From the NCBI GenBank assembly GCA_045536535.1, contig JAZSNS010000019.1:18826-82825 (forward strand): a stretch of 64,000 nucleotides of DNA, read 5' to 3'. The notes beneath the pieces were generated by a model that searched no databases, was not told the origin of the DNA, and saw only the letters and a program-made list of their open reading frames with translations. Positions 8,187-17,449 of this stretch are shown here, piece by piece; position 1 is the first letter of the stretch; each line of letters starts with the position of its first letter. The stretch comes from Eubacteriales bacterium (GTDB lineage Bacteria; Bacillota; Clostridia; Oscillospirales; CAG-382). The position numbers and the translations under genes were made by a program.

Positions 8187-8675
8187 TTAATATCCTATCT
8201 GTCCCAAACTGTCGTCGTTTTCAATCCAGTCCGAAACGTTGAAAATCGTATAATCATCTTTGGTATTACGAACGATAACGCGCGCAATACCCGCGTTTAT
8301 GACCAGACGTTTGCACATCTGACAGCAACTCGTTCCGCCGACAAGTTCGCCGGTTTTAGCATCAATACATGCGAGATAAAGGTCTGCACCGAGCATTCTG
8401 TCACGCGGAGCGGCAATGATGGCGTTCGCTTCGGCGTGGACCGAGCGGCAGAGCTCATATCTTTCGCCGCGCGGAATGCTCATCTGTTCGCGCAGGCAGA
8501 ATTCGAGATCACAACAGTTTTGCCTTCCTCTCGGCGCGCCTGCGTAACCTGTGGAAACGATAACGTCATCTTTAACGATGATAGCGCCGAATCTGCGGCG
8601 AAGACAGGTTCCTCGCTCGGTAACGGTTTGTGCGATGTCGAGATAATAGTTTATTTTGCTTCTTCTTTCTTCCAT
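8187..8675 (-). CDS. comEB: dCMP deaminase (ComEB-type cytidine/deoxycytidylate deaminase)
   Basis: Zinc motifs VHAEANAI and CCQMCKRLVINAGI; length about 160 aa. Confidence 0.85.
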   Translation of the reverse strand: MEERRSKINYYLDIAQTVTERGTCLRRRFGAIIVKDDVIVSTGYAGAPRGRQNCCDLEFCLREQMSIPRGERYELCRSVHAEANAIIAAPRDRMLGADLYLACIDAKTGELVGGTSCCQMCKRLVINAGIARVIVRNTKDDYTIFNVSDWIENDDSLGQIGY

Positions 8676-8703
8676 TTTTCTGTTCTCCGTTCAATTTGTT
8701 TTT

Positions 8704-9204
8704 TTACATAACGCAGACGAAGACCATTCTGTCTCCGCCGTCGGGATAGTTGCCTTTGAAGGTCTTTGTATGCATGAATCCGCATTTTTTCATGACCGAT
8801 TGCATACGCGTGTTTTTTGTCGAGACGTCAGCATAAACACGGGTTATGCCGAGAGTATCTTTTATGTAATCCTTTGCGAGCATTAACGCCTCGGTTCCGA
8901 TACCTCTGTTGCGGTAGGTTTCGCTTGCGAGCATCATTCTTATCTCGCAACGTTTTTCCGAAACGACGATCCTTTCGATAACGACCATTCCGACAACTTC
9001 GTTGTTTTTTGTGAAGATGCCCATCGTCGGCTCGGTTTTTTCGCGTTCGACCATGCGTTCATAAGCCGCGTCGACAACTTCTTCGTTGTAGACATAAGGC
9101 TTCTCGCCCGAATCGGGCGCAGGAGTATATTTGCGCCAGAGCGCGCGCATTTCTTTTTGCGACATCGTTTTGAGAGTGATGTTTTTGTTGGTGAGTTCGG
9201 GCAT
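8704..9204 (-). CDS. GNAT family N-acetyltransferase
   Basis: ORF 8704-9240. AAGGAG lies 8 nt before the ATG at 9204 (MPELT). GNAT core RNRGIGTEAL. Confidence 0.75.
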   Translation of the reverse strand: MPELTNKNITLKTMSQKEMRALWRKYTPAPDSGEKPYVYNEEVVDAAYERMVEREKTEPTMGIFTKNNEVVGMVVIERIVVSEKRCEIRMMLASETYRNRGIGTEALMLAKDYIKDTLGITRVYADVSTKNTRMQSVMKKCGFMHTKTFKGNYPDGGDRMVFVCVM

Positions 9205-9209
9205 GATTT

Positions 9210-9482
9210 TTACTCCTTTAATTTGAAGATTAGCAGACAAATCAATAATATATGCAAAACAAGCATCAAAGGCATCGAAAGCCTGAAAACTAACTTTTTC
9301 GTTTTGTGGCGGAAGATCATCATTGCAAGCAACCCGCCGAGCGAGCCGCCGATGAACGAAACGAAAAGAAGAGTTGCTTCTCTGATCCGTCTTTTCTTTT
9401 TCACCGCTTTTCGCTTGTCAGACGCAAAAAGCAGAAACGCCAAAAGGTTAATTATCGCGAGATATATATAAAGCCAATGCAT
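9210..9482 (-). CDS. DUF1294 family small membrane protein
   Basis: MHWLYIYLAIINLLAFLLFASDKRKA...RIREATLL..GGSLGGLLAMMIFRHKT. AAGGAG lies upstream of the ATG at 9482; the listed ORF extends to 9557. Confidence 0.75.
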   Translation of the reverse strand: MHWLYIYLAIINLLAFLLFASDKRKAVKKKRRIREATLLFVSFIGGSLGGLLAMMIFRHKTKKLVFRLSMPLMLVLHILLICLLIFKLKE

Positions 9483-9513
9483 GTCGACTCCTTTTTTTGT
9501 TCGGTGAACGAAT

Positions 9514-10656
9514 TTAGTCGTCAAAAGCGCGTGTGAGACACACAACATTTTCGACATGGTCCGTAAACGGGAACATATCGACCGGCTGAATCTTCTTCAC
9601 CTTATATCCGCCCTTGCGGAGCGCAAACAGATCGCGCGAAAGAGTTTCGGGGTTACAGGAAACGTAAACGATTTTTTCGGGCGAAAGGGAAAGCAGGCTC
9701 TTGATAAACTTAATGCTGCAACCGGCTCGCGGTGGATCGGTTATCACGGCATTGATCTTCTCGCCCTTTTCGGCAAGAGATTGCATGAACTCGCCTGCGT
9801 CGGAGTTAATGAATCTTGCGTTTTTAATGCCGTTGAGCCTTGCGTTTTCGATCGCGTCGGCAACCGCGTCGGGATTGACCTCAACGCCGATGATCTCTTT
9901 TGCACCGCGCGCCGCCGTGAGCCCGATAGTGCCTGTGCCGCAATAGGCGTCGATAACCTTTTCCTTGCCCGAAAGGGCTAAAAATTCGCGCACTTTCGCA
10001 TAAAGTATCTCGGTCTGGATCGGGTTGACTTGATAAAAAGAGTTCGGACTGATACGGAATTTCAATCCGCTAAGCACATCGGTTATATAACCGTTTCCGT
10101 ACAGTATCTCGCTTTTTTCACCGAGGAAAAGCGGTGTGCTCGTTGGGTTGATGTTCCAAACGAGGGTCGTGATCTCGGGGTGCTTTTTCAGAAGCGCATC
10201 GGCAAAATCCTTTTTGTGCGGAAACTCGCCCTTTGCCGTGACGATGACCGCCATAATTTCGCCGCTTTTGAAGCCGCGCCTTATGAGCACATGGCGCATA
10301 AATCCTTTTCCGTTTGTCAGATCATAGGATTTGATCTTAAAAGCGTTGCAAAGATCTTTAACCGTTTTGACGATCGCGCCTGCGTTTTTGTCTTCGAGCA
10401 GACAGGTTTCAACAGGAACAACGCGCCTCGTCGCCGATTGATAAATCCCACAGACGGTTTTTCCGTTGCGGAAGGAAAACAAAGATTGAACCTTGTTTCG
10501 GTAATAAAACGGCTCGTTCATGCCGATTATTTCGTCCACATGGCAATATTTACCGACAAGTCGGATTATTTTTGCCTGCTTCATGCTCAATTGTTCTTCA
10601 TATGTAAGATTTTGCAGACTGCATCCGCCGCATTTTTTGGCATAAGGACAAAGCAT
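9514..10656 (-). CDS. RumA/TrmA-family RNA (uracil-C5)-methyltransferase lacking the N-terminal TRAM domain
   Basis: The 4Fe-4S Cys cluster starts at residue 3 (CPYAKKCGGC). FYQVN, DAYCGTGTIG and DPPRAG motifs are present. Catalytic Cys context VYVSCNP. Confidence 0.85.
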   Translation of the reverse strand: MLCPYAKKCGGCSLQNLTYEEQLSMKQAKIIRLVGKYCHVDEIIGMNEPFYYRNKVQSLFSFRNGKTVCGIYQSATRRVVPVETCLLEDKNAGAIVKTVKDLCNAFKIKSYDLTNGKGFMRHVLIRRGFKSGEIMAVIVTAKGEFPHKKDFADALLKKHPEITTLVWNINPTSTPLFLGEKSEILYGNGYITDVLSGLKFRISPNSFYQVNPIQTEILYAKVREFLALSGKEKVIDAYCGTGTIGLTAARGAKEIIGVEVNPDAVADAIENARLNGIKNARFINSDAGEFMQSLAEKGEKINAVITDPPRAGCSIKFIKSLLSLSPEKIVYVSCNPETLSRDLFALRKGGYKVKKIQPVDMFPFTDHVENVVCLTRAFDD

Positions 10657-10697
10657 TTTGATACCGCCTTAGGTTATTTTGAGGGAGTTGTTTTTTC

Positions 10698-11768
10698 TTA
10701 CTCTTTCGGGGTTGCCGCTTTATGTACGAGCAATTTTTTATATCCGCTCAGAATAAGTTTGTTAAGCATGCAGAAAAGTTTTGCAAAAACAACCGAGCAG
10801 ATTATTGCAACAACGGCATATAACAGGTCGTTTTGAATAACAAGCTGAGTTTTGAATAGTTTTAAAAATATTTCGTGGCAAAGATAAAGTTCCAACGAAA
10901 TTCCGCCGATAAAATCAAGCACGGGATTGCCGATATTGCATTTAAGCAACAGAAGAAGAACGCAAAGAACAAACAAAACCGACAAAATGATATTATCGCC
11001 GAATAAGTCAACTAATCCAAACGCGTAAGACAATCCGATGTAGGCACCGAAGATCAGCAAAGCGGTGACCCAATAAAATTTCTTGACGATCGCTGATATT
11101 TTTTCCTCGAATATCGCCCAAAACATTCCGACGATAAGAAGATGCGTGCTGACGTACCACCATGCGCCGTAATTCATTTTAAGACAAAACAGCACGTAAA
11201 CGACATAGTAAACCGTTCCGCCGACAAACATGAGCCAATAACGTTTTTTGCAGATCAACATTAACAGCCAAAAGACGATATAAAACGCCAGAATACTTAA
11301 AACGTACCAGGAATGCGCCACCACGGGTTCCCCGTTTATGAACACTTTGAAAAAATCCGAAACGGTGTAGGGCTTGTCCGAGGCAATGCCAATCACCCAA
11401 TAAACGAGGTTGATGATTATATAAGGAAATAAAACCGCGGGCAGCCGTTTAAGCAAAAAGCCCTTTTTGTAATTTTCGTTTGAAATATATTGCTTTTGCA
11501 GACCGTAGCCCGAAATGAAGAAGAACACTGCCACGGCAAGAAAGCCGAGATTGTTGAACAAACGGAACGTCAAACCTCCGTTTAAGGGATCGATATGGTT
11601 TGTAATATGATGCAGAACGATCGCAATCGCAAGCAGGCCGCGCAGGGATTTGCCTGTTTTTACCGAAAGATATTCATCGTTTATGCCGTTTGTTATCGGC
11701 TTCGCAGGCTTGATTTTAACGAGCATTAAGCCCAAAAACACCAACGGCAACAGATCAATTAAAGCCAT
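10698..11768 (-). CDS. Membrane acyltransferase (acyltransferase family 3)
   Basis: About 10 predicted TM segments. N-terminal LRGLLAIAIVLHH motif. AT-rich relative to neighbours. Confidence 0.8.
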   Translation of the reverse strand: MALIDLLPLVFLGLMLVKIKPAKPITNGINDEYLSVKTGKSLRGLLAIAIVLHHITNHIDPLNGGLTFRLFNNLGFLAVAVFFFISGYGLQKQYISNENYKKGFLLKRLPAVLFPYIIINLVYWVIGIASDKPYTVSDFFKVFINGEPVVAHSWYVLSILAFYIVFWLLMLICKKRYWLMFVGGTVYYVVYVLFCLKMNYGAWWYVSTHLLIVGMFWAIFEEKISAIVKKFYWVTALLIFGAYIGLSYAFGLVDLFGDNIILSVLFVLCVLLLLLKCNIGNPVLDFIGGISLELYLCHEIFLKLFKTQLVIQNDLLYAVVAIICSVVFAKLFCMLNKLILSGYKKLLVHKAATPKE

Positions 11769-11869
11769 GGTTTTTGTCTCCGAAATAATCAGTAAATTTT
11801 TGTTTATAAACGAATTTTTGTTTCATCAGACAGGAAATCTATCAGGGTGTTTGACATATTGGAATTTGC

Positions 11870-12196
11870 TTATTTGGTTTTTCGTTGATTCAAATAGTCC
11901 CAAATTACTTTAAAATCTTTTTTGTGTTTGAAAGAAAACTTAAATTCCTTTCCTTCGATGTCAACGATTCGCAACCCACCACCCGGAAGATAGGTGTATT
12001 TATCAAAGAGAGCGATGTTTTCGAGAGGTATCATTATATGGTCCTCTGTGGCAGCATTCATTGCACCAAATGCCAAATATGACGTAGCGGATTTATTCCA
12101 AATCAATGCTGCATCTGTTAATGTTAAATCCCCATATCCACGAAAAACAAAAGTCACCCTTGTCTTAACGATCGTCTGTGTTCCCATTGCATTCAT
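11870..12196 (-). CDS. Hypothetical small cytoplasmic protein (possible bacterial PH-like fold)
   Basis: 108-aa ORF with no recognisable catalytic motif. The fold guess is weak. Confidence 0.45.
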   Translation of the reverse strand: MNAMGTQTIVKTRVTFVFRGYGDLTLTDAALIWNKSATSYLAFGAMNAATEDHIMIPLENIALFDKYTYLPGGGLRIVDIEGKEFKFSFKHKKDFKVIWDYLNQRKTK

Positions 12197-12298
12197 TACA
12201 ACACTCTCGCTTTCATAGCATGTATTAAATATACAAATTCAAGTTTGTCGGTCAGTTCATACTCGCTTTCAAATCTTTTGTATGAACAGAAACGCGGA

Positions 12299-13660
12299 CT
12301 AATCATCGGCTTTTTCCCGACTTAAACAGACCACCGTTTCAACATGCCCGGTTCTTGGGAATAAGTCAAACGGAGTTGCTTCTTTCGTTTTGTATCCGTT
12401 TTCGGCAAAAATCGCGCAATCGCGCGCAAGTGTCGCGGGATCGCAGGAGATATAGACGATCTTTTCGGGGCTTGCGTTAACGACGGTTTCGATAACAGCT
12501 CTGTCAAGCCCCTTTCGGGGAGGATCGACGATGATAATTCCGGGGTTTCCGAATTTCTCGCGGCATTTTTGCACGCCGATATTCGCGTCGCCGCAGACGA
12601 AAAGAGTGTTTTCATCGTTTCTGCCGTTCCTGACCGAGTTTTGCTTTGCATTTTCGATCGCGGCTTCGATAATTTCAACGCCGCAGAGCTTGTCGTTTTT
12701 GTTCGCAACGCAAAGACCGATCGTTCCCGCTCCGCAATAAAGGTCAAGGATGATGCTCCCGTTTTCTTTGGGCGAGGCGAGTTTTACCGCATGGTTATAA
12801 AGTTTTTCCGCCATTTCGGCGTTGACCTGATAAAATGCACGCGGCGAAACGTCAAACGTTTTTCCGCAAAGTTCGTCGGTGAGTGCGTCTGCGCCGAGCA
12901 GTTTTTTCGTAACCTCGCCGAAAATAACGTTGTCGCGTTTTTTGTTTATGTTAAGATGAACGCCGATGACGGATTTGAACCTTTCGCTCATCAATTCGGC
13001 AAGAATTTGCAGTTTTTTATCCTCTTTTGCCGCAACGATGCAGACAAGTATCTCACCTTTTCGGTTTTTCCTCATGACGATATGGCGCAAAACGCCCCTG
13101 CCTGTCAATTCGTCATATGCGTTGATGTAAAGACTGTCTGCGGTTTTGGCACAGAAGTCGGCGAGTTCGGTAAAAATTTTGTCCTGCAAAAGACATTCGC
13201 CGTGCGAAACGATTCTGTGCGAACGGCGCGCATAATATCCGAAAGCGCATTTTCCGTTTTCGTCGGGCGCAAAAGGATATTGCACTTTGTTGCGGTAACG
13301 TTCGGGAGAACCGAAAACCGTTTCGTTGACGGTGATATCAATGTTTCCGATCCGCGAAAATGATTGTTTGACGATATTTCTTTTGAGCCTTAATTCGGCT
13401 TCATAGGAAATGTGACGGAAAACACAGCCGCCGCATTTTTGCGAAACGGCGCAATCGGCCGCGATTCGGTCGGGAGAGGGGGTAATGACCTCAACGACTT
13501 TCGCGAACGAGCGGTTTTTGAGTTCTTTAAGCACAAGCGCGCTTATTTTATCCCCGATCGCTGTATCGGCAACGAAAAAAACCTTGCCGTCAAGCCGTCC
13601 CACGCCGAACCCTTCGGGCGTCACGTCGGTTATTTCAAGTGTGATGATGTCATTCTTCAT
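12299..13660 (-). CDS. rlmD: 23S rRNA (uracil-C5)-methyltransferase RlmD/RumA with TRAM domain
   Basis: TRAM N-terminus (ITLEITDVTPEGFGVGRLDGKVFFV), Cys cluster CAVSQKCGGC, FYQVN, DLYCGAGTIG, DPPRKG and YISCDP. Confidence 0.88.
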   Translation of the reverse strand: MKNDIITLEITDVTPEGFGVGRLDGKVFFVADTAIGDKISALVLKELKNRSFAKVVEVITPSPDRIAADCAVSQKCGGCVFRHISYEAELRLKRNIVKQSFSRIGNIDITVNETVFGSPERYRNKVQYPFAPDENGKCAFGYYARRSHRIVSHGECLLQDKIFTELADFCAKTADSLYINAYDELTGRGVLRHIVMRKNRKGEILVCIVAAKEDKKLQILAELMSERFKSVIGVHLNINKKRDNVIFGEVTKKLLGADALTDELCGKTFDVSPRAFYQVNAEMAEKLYNHAVKLASPKENGSIILDLYCGAGTIGLCVANKNDKLCGVEIIEAAIENAKQNSVRNGRNDENTLFVCGDANIGVQKCREKFGNPGIIIVDPPRKGLDRAVIETVVNASPEKIVYISCDPATLARDCAIFAENGYKTKEATPFDLFPRTGHVETVVCLSREKADD

Positions 13661-13661
13661 G

Positions 13662-14666
13662 TTATTTTCTCAAAAAACTCTTTTGGGGTTTTTCTTCGTT
13701 CAATGCTCTCGGCTGAGTGAATTTTTCGATAAAAGGAGACAGCGCGTTAAGCACAAGCACAACGAAATAGCCCCATTCAAAACCGCCGCCGAATTTGCGG
13801 AAGACAAAAATCAAAACGCCGCAGATTGCACCGAAAACGATTTTGCCGAGTTTGGTGATCGGAACGGTTGAACTTTCGCCGAGCGCAAAGACAGAGAGAA
13901 AAACGACCGCGCCCGAGAAGAGGACGCTGAATGCATAATAATTGCTTTCGGCGTCGGCAGACGGGAATATCAGAGCCAGCAACAAAACAGGAATAAGCAT
14001 CGAAGCCGTTGCATAAGGATCAAGCGCTTTGCGAACAAAAAGCCAGACCGCGGAAAGAATTATCGCGGTGATCGCGATCTCTCCGATATGTCCCGAGGCG
14101 AATCCGTAAAGCTGTGCAAGAACACCGTCTTCATAAACGCTTCCGTCAGCCATATATTGAAGCGGGGAAATAACGCGGTAATTATCCAAAAGAATCGGGT
14201 CGATGTTTATATCGAACGCCGAAAAATAGGCGAAAGGCTTTGTGAAAGCCGTCATGATCTTCGGGAAGACGACGTTAAGCATTGCCGCCGAAAAAACGAA
14301 AGGATTGAAGAGCCGCTTCGAGCGGAAAACATAAATGTTTTTTGCCGCAACGACGAGGATCGCCGAAAGAGTCGGAAACCAAAGCGGAACCGAAACCGGC
14401 ATGGTGAAAACCGCGAGAATCGCATAAACACAAGCGGAAATTTCAACTCTCGTTCCTTTTGCGCGCTTGAAAAGATATCGTTGGATCGGGTAATCGAGCG
14501 CAAGTGCGCCGGCCGCGCCGACGATACAGAGCGTTATAACTCTTGCACCGAACATAAAAACCGCCCAAACAAGGACCGGTGCGATCGCGACAAGCCAATC
14601 AAACGCGAGATAATTATGATTCTCTTTGGTGTGCACAAAGGGTGCGCGGTTTGTTTTTGCCGTCAC
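13662..14666 (-). CDS. RnfD/NqrB-family membrane subunit homologue (divergent)
   Basis: Collinear with E. coli RsxD by manual alignment: PFVHT N-terminus, LFNPFVF, and C-terminal LFSGAVVFLSVF...GKIVFGAICGVLIFVFRKFGG. GTG start with GGAGG 7 nt upstream, overlapping the upstream stop as GTGA. Confidence 0.85.
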   Translation of the reverse strand: MTAKTNRAPFVHTKENHNYLAFDWLVAIAPVLVWAVFMFGARVITLCIVGAAGALALDYPIQRYLFKRAKGTRVEISACVYAILAVFTMPVSVPLWFPTLSAILVVAAKNIYVFRSKRLFNPFVFSAAMLNVVFPKIMTAFTKPFAYFSAFDINIDPILLDNYRVISPLQYMADGSVYEDGVLAQLYGFASGHIGEIAITAIILSAVWLFVRKALDPYATASMLIPVLLLALIFPSADAESNYYAFSVLFSGAVVFLSVFALGESSTVPITKLGKIVFGAICGVLIFVFRKFGGGFEWGYFVVLVLNALSPFIEKFTQPRALNEEKPQKSFLRK

Positions 14667-15910
14667 AATAACACCTCCGGATCCTCCGACTCGCGCGGAG
14701 TTTCGTTAAATGCGGTCAACGGGTTTATGAGCGAGAGCAAAGGGATACCGCTCGGGCAGACAAACTCACAGGCGCCGCACGAAATGCAATATTTACGCAA
14801 CTTTCCGTTTTTGTCGGAAAGAATGTCAGAGGGAATAAGTTTCACAGGGCAGGCTTCGGCGCATTTTCCGCAGGAAATACAAGCCGTTCTCTTTTTGGTT
14901 TTGGGGAGGAGCGATATAACGGCACGCGTCGAATCGGAAAGCGCGCCTTGGGCGACGTTTCCGGTGAGACGGCTGTTTGCAACAAGAGTGCGGCTCTTTT
15001 TTGCCGCTTTGCGAACCTCAACAAGGTCGTGCATCGTTATTCCTCGCGGAACTTTGAAATTTCCGGTGTGTTCAAGACCGTTTCCGCAGACCGAAACATA
15101 TCTGTCCAAAAACGGAGTTCCGTTCACCATCGCGTCGTAAAACGTGATCGCGGTCTCGGCGCCGATAATGCAAACGCCGTAATCAAGCGGAGTTTCGTTT
15201 CGCAAAAGCGGTTTCACATAGAGAGCATACATAAGTGTGAAATCGTTGAAAGGATATTTTTCATCGAGTTCCGCCATCGCGAAGAGCTTTTCGTCATTTG
15301 CAAATTCAAGCAACGAGCCAAAAGCCGCTTTGCGGTAATGTTCCGCCGCGAAAACGCATTTGAGCGCACCCGTCGAGCGGAGCAAAACTTTCGCGCCGCC
15401 GATGAGCGATTTTGCCTTTTCGATGCAAAGACGGTAATTTATCGCGCTTTCCGCATCGGGTTCTGTGCAATCAATGATCAGTCTTCGGCATTTGTTTCCG
15501 GCTTCTTCGAGGATCTCCCAAAGCGGCCTTCCGCTTCTTGTGTCAATAATGCCGAATTTTTGTGCGCATTCAATTATATCATCGGTCGTCATTTGTGTGA
15601 GCGATCGGCTTTCGGGCGCGAAAAGTCGCTTTTCCCCCTTTTCGCCGCTGTTGATGATGACGAAATATTTCCTTCCGCCGATCTCGGCAACGCCGTTGAA
15701 TTTTCCGGCGACCGGGGCAAAAACGGGAGTGCCCGCGTTTTCGCCGATAAGGCTTCCGCGATCAACGGTCTCGCCTTCTTTGGCGACAATGCCGAAATCA
15801 TCAAACGCTTCAATGCACACAGCAGAGCAGTCGGTTATATTTTCGATCGGCTTTTTACCGATACGCGTTCTTTCGTCGGGGCGCGCTCCGCCCGGAAAAC
15901 GTAAAATCAT
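14663..15910 (-). CDS. RnfC-family subunit homologue with two [4Fe-4S] motifs and degenerate nucleotide/FMN motifs
   Basis: Start MILRFPGGARP at 15910 (AAAGGAAG upstream; listed ORF extends to 16042). Barrel-sandwich segment GETVDRGSLIG...PVFAPVAG. Cluster motifs CISCGKCAEACP and CISCGACEFVCP. Confidence 0.8.
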   Translation of the reverse strand: MILRFPGGARPDERTRIGKKPIENITDCSAVCIEAFDDFGIVAKEGETVDRGSLIGENAGTPVFAPVAGKFNGVAEIGGRKYFVIINSGEKGEKRLFAPESRSLTQMTTDDIIECAQKFGIIDTRSGRPLWEILEEAGNKCRRLIIDCTEPDAESAINYRLCIEKAKSLIGGAKVLLRSTGALKCVFAAEHYRKAAFGSLLEFANDEKLFAMAELDEKYPFNDFTLMYALYVKPLLRNETPLDYGVCIIGAETAITFYDAMVNGTPFLDRYVSVCGNGLEHTGNFKVPRGITMHDLVEVRKAAKKSRTLVANSRLTGNVAQGALSDSTRAVISLLPKTKKRTACISCGKCAEACPVKLIPSDILSDKNGKLRKYCISCGACEFVCPSGIPLLSLINPLTAFNETPRESEDPEVLL

Positions 15911-16095
15911 TTTTCTCTTCCTTTTTGTTGCCGTTTTGGCAGAACGGCTTCGTTGATCTTCCCACACGGCACGACGGCAGGGATCGCATGCCGTTTCGCC
16001 GCCGTATGCGAAGAAACATTTCAAATAAATATATATATACAAAATAAGTATACCACATATGGCTTATTTTTCAAGTGAAACTTTCAATCCTCTTA

Positions 16096-16124
16096 TTGAA
16101 ATATTTGTAAGAATGATGTATAAT
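16096..16124 (+). promoter_or_regulatory. sigma-A-like promoter (TTGAAA-17-TATAAT with a TG extension)
   Basis: TTGAAA at 16096-16101 and TGTATAAT ending at 16124, upstream of 16210. Confidence 0.5.
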
Positions 16125-16209
16125 ATGTTGAATAATTATATGCTATGTAAAAAATTGCCGAAAAAACGCGTTTGAAAGTCGTTTTCAAAGCGCGATAAAG
16201 AGGTTTGAA

Positions 16210-16752
16210 ATGAAACTCGCAAACAGTATCGACGTCAAAGTTTTCATACTTTACCTTTTGAATAACGTTGGAATGCCGCTTGAATTCGATACCGTCAACG
16301 ATATCGTTCTTCAAGACGAGTTCGTCAATTATTTTGATTTCGCGATCTGCTTTTCGGAGCTTCTCGACAACGGTCAGATCACCGAGATCAAAGACGGCGA
16401 AAAGATTCTTTACATCATTTCCGAAAGCGGAAAAGAAACGCTTGAAAGTTACGAGAGCGAGCTTTTGCCGATAACGAAAGAACGCGCATTGAGAAGTGCG
16501 TTGAGGCTTATTTCGTTCAAACTCAACGGCAACCGCATTCAGAGCTCGATCACCGAATCCGCAAACGGCGGTTATAACCTGAACTGTTCGATCGTTGATA
16601 AAGAAAAAACGCTTTTTTCGCTCAACGTTCATCTTAACGACAAGAATTATGCCGAAAAGATGCGTGCGAATTTCGAGGACCGCGCCGAGATAATCTATCG
16701 CGGCTCGCTTTCGCTCCTTTCGGGCGATGTGAATTTTATTTTTGATGATTGA
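16210..16752 (+). CDS. DUF4364-type protein (putative winged-helix regulator)
   Basis: N-terminal KVFILYLLNNVGMPLEFDTVNDIV...ELLDNGQI pattern. The family name is from recall. Confidence 0.6.
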   Translation: MKLANSIDVKVFILYLLNNVGMPLEFDTVNDIVLQDEFVNYFDFAICFSELLDNGQITEIKDGEKILYIISESGKETLESYESELLPITKERALRSALRLISFKLNGNRIQSSITESANGGYNLNCSIVDKEKTLFSLNVHLNDKNYAEKMRANFEDRAEIIYRGSLSLLSGDVNFIFDD

Positions 16753-16804
16753 GGGCTCTCCGCTTTTCCCCAAAAACGCTTTGATTTAAACATTTTGTTG
16801 ATTT

Positions 16805-17449
16805 ATGGACTTGAAAACAAAAGCAGAAAAGATAATAAACGCGCTTGAAACGCTTTACCCCGAGCCCGCTTGCGGGCTTTTCTGGGAAGGCGATCCTTAC
16901 AGATTGCTCATCATGGCGATCCTTTCGGCGCAATGTACCGACGCGCGCGTGAATATCGTCGCGAAAACGCTTTTTCTTCGATTTCCGACGGTTTACGATA
17001 TGGCGAAAGCCGATCTGAGCGACATCGAAAACGAGATCCGCTCGGTCGGTCTTTACCGATCAAAGGCGGTTGCGCTCAAAGAATGCTCGGCGCGTGTCTG
17101 TGAGGTCTACGGAGGAGAGGTTCCGCGCGAAATGGAGGATCTTCTCACGCTTCGCGGCGTCGGAAGAAAGGTTGCAAATCTGTTAAGAGGCGACATTTTC
17201 GGGCTTGGCGGAATCGTTGCCGATACCCATTGTATCCGAATTTCGGGGAGATTGGGGCTTGCCGACGGAAAGGATCCGATCAAAACCGAGCGTTCGCTTT
17301 CAAAACTTGTTCCTCTTGAAAAACAGAGCGATTTTTGCCACAGAATGGTGCTTTTCGGCCGCGAAGTATGCGTTGCCCGATCGCCGAAATGCGGCGAATG
17401 TCCGCTCAAAGAATTTTGTATGTATGATAAAAAGGTGAAGAATGATTGA
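16805..17449 (+). CDS. nth: Endonuclease III (DNA-(apurinic or apyrimidinic site) lyase)
   Basis: HhH-GPD (LTLRGVGRKVANLL) and the C-terminal FeS loop CVARSPKCGECPLKEFC. Confidence 0.9.
   Translation: MDLKTKAEKIINALETLYPEPACGLFWEGDPYRLLIMAILSAQCTDARVNIVAKTLFLRFPTVYDMAKADLSDIENEIRSVGLYRSKAVALKECSARVCEVYGGEVPREMEDLLTLRGVGRKVANLLRGDIFGLGGIVADTHCIRISGRLGLADGKDPIKTERSLSKLVPLEKQSDFCHRMVLFGREVCVARSPKCGECPLKEFCMYDKKVKND

Noticed and set aside
12299-16042. A complete Rnf operon (rnfCDGEAB) around the RnfC/RnfD-like genes.
   Set aside because: Six-frame inspection of the flanks shows rlmD downstream and a divergent DUF4364-type gene upstream. No RnfG (FMN_bind), RnfE/RnfA (six-TM paralogues) or RnfB-like product is present.
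16093-16773. 226-aa minus-strand ORF overlapping the DUF4364-type gene.
   Set aside because: It is fully antisense to 16210-16752, which has a promoter, an RBS and a family-like N-terminus. The antisense product has no motifs.
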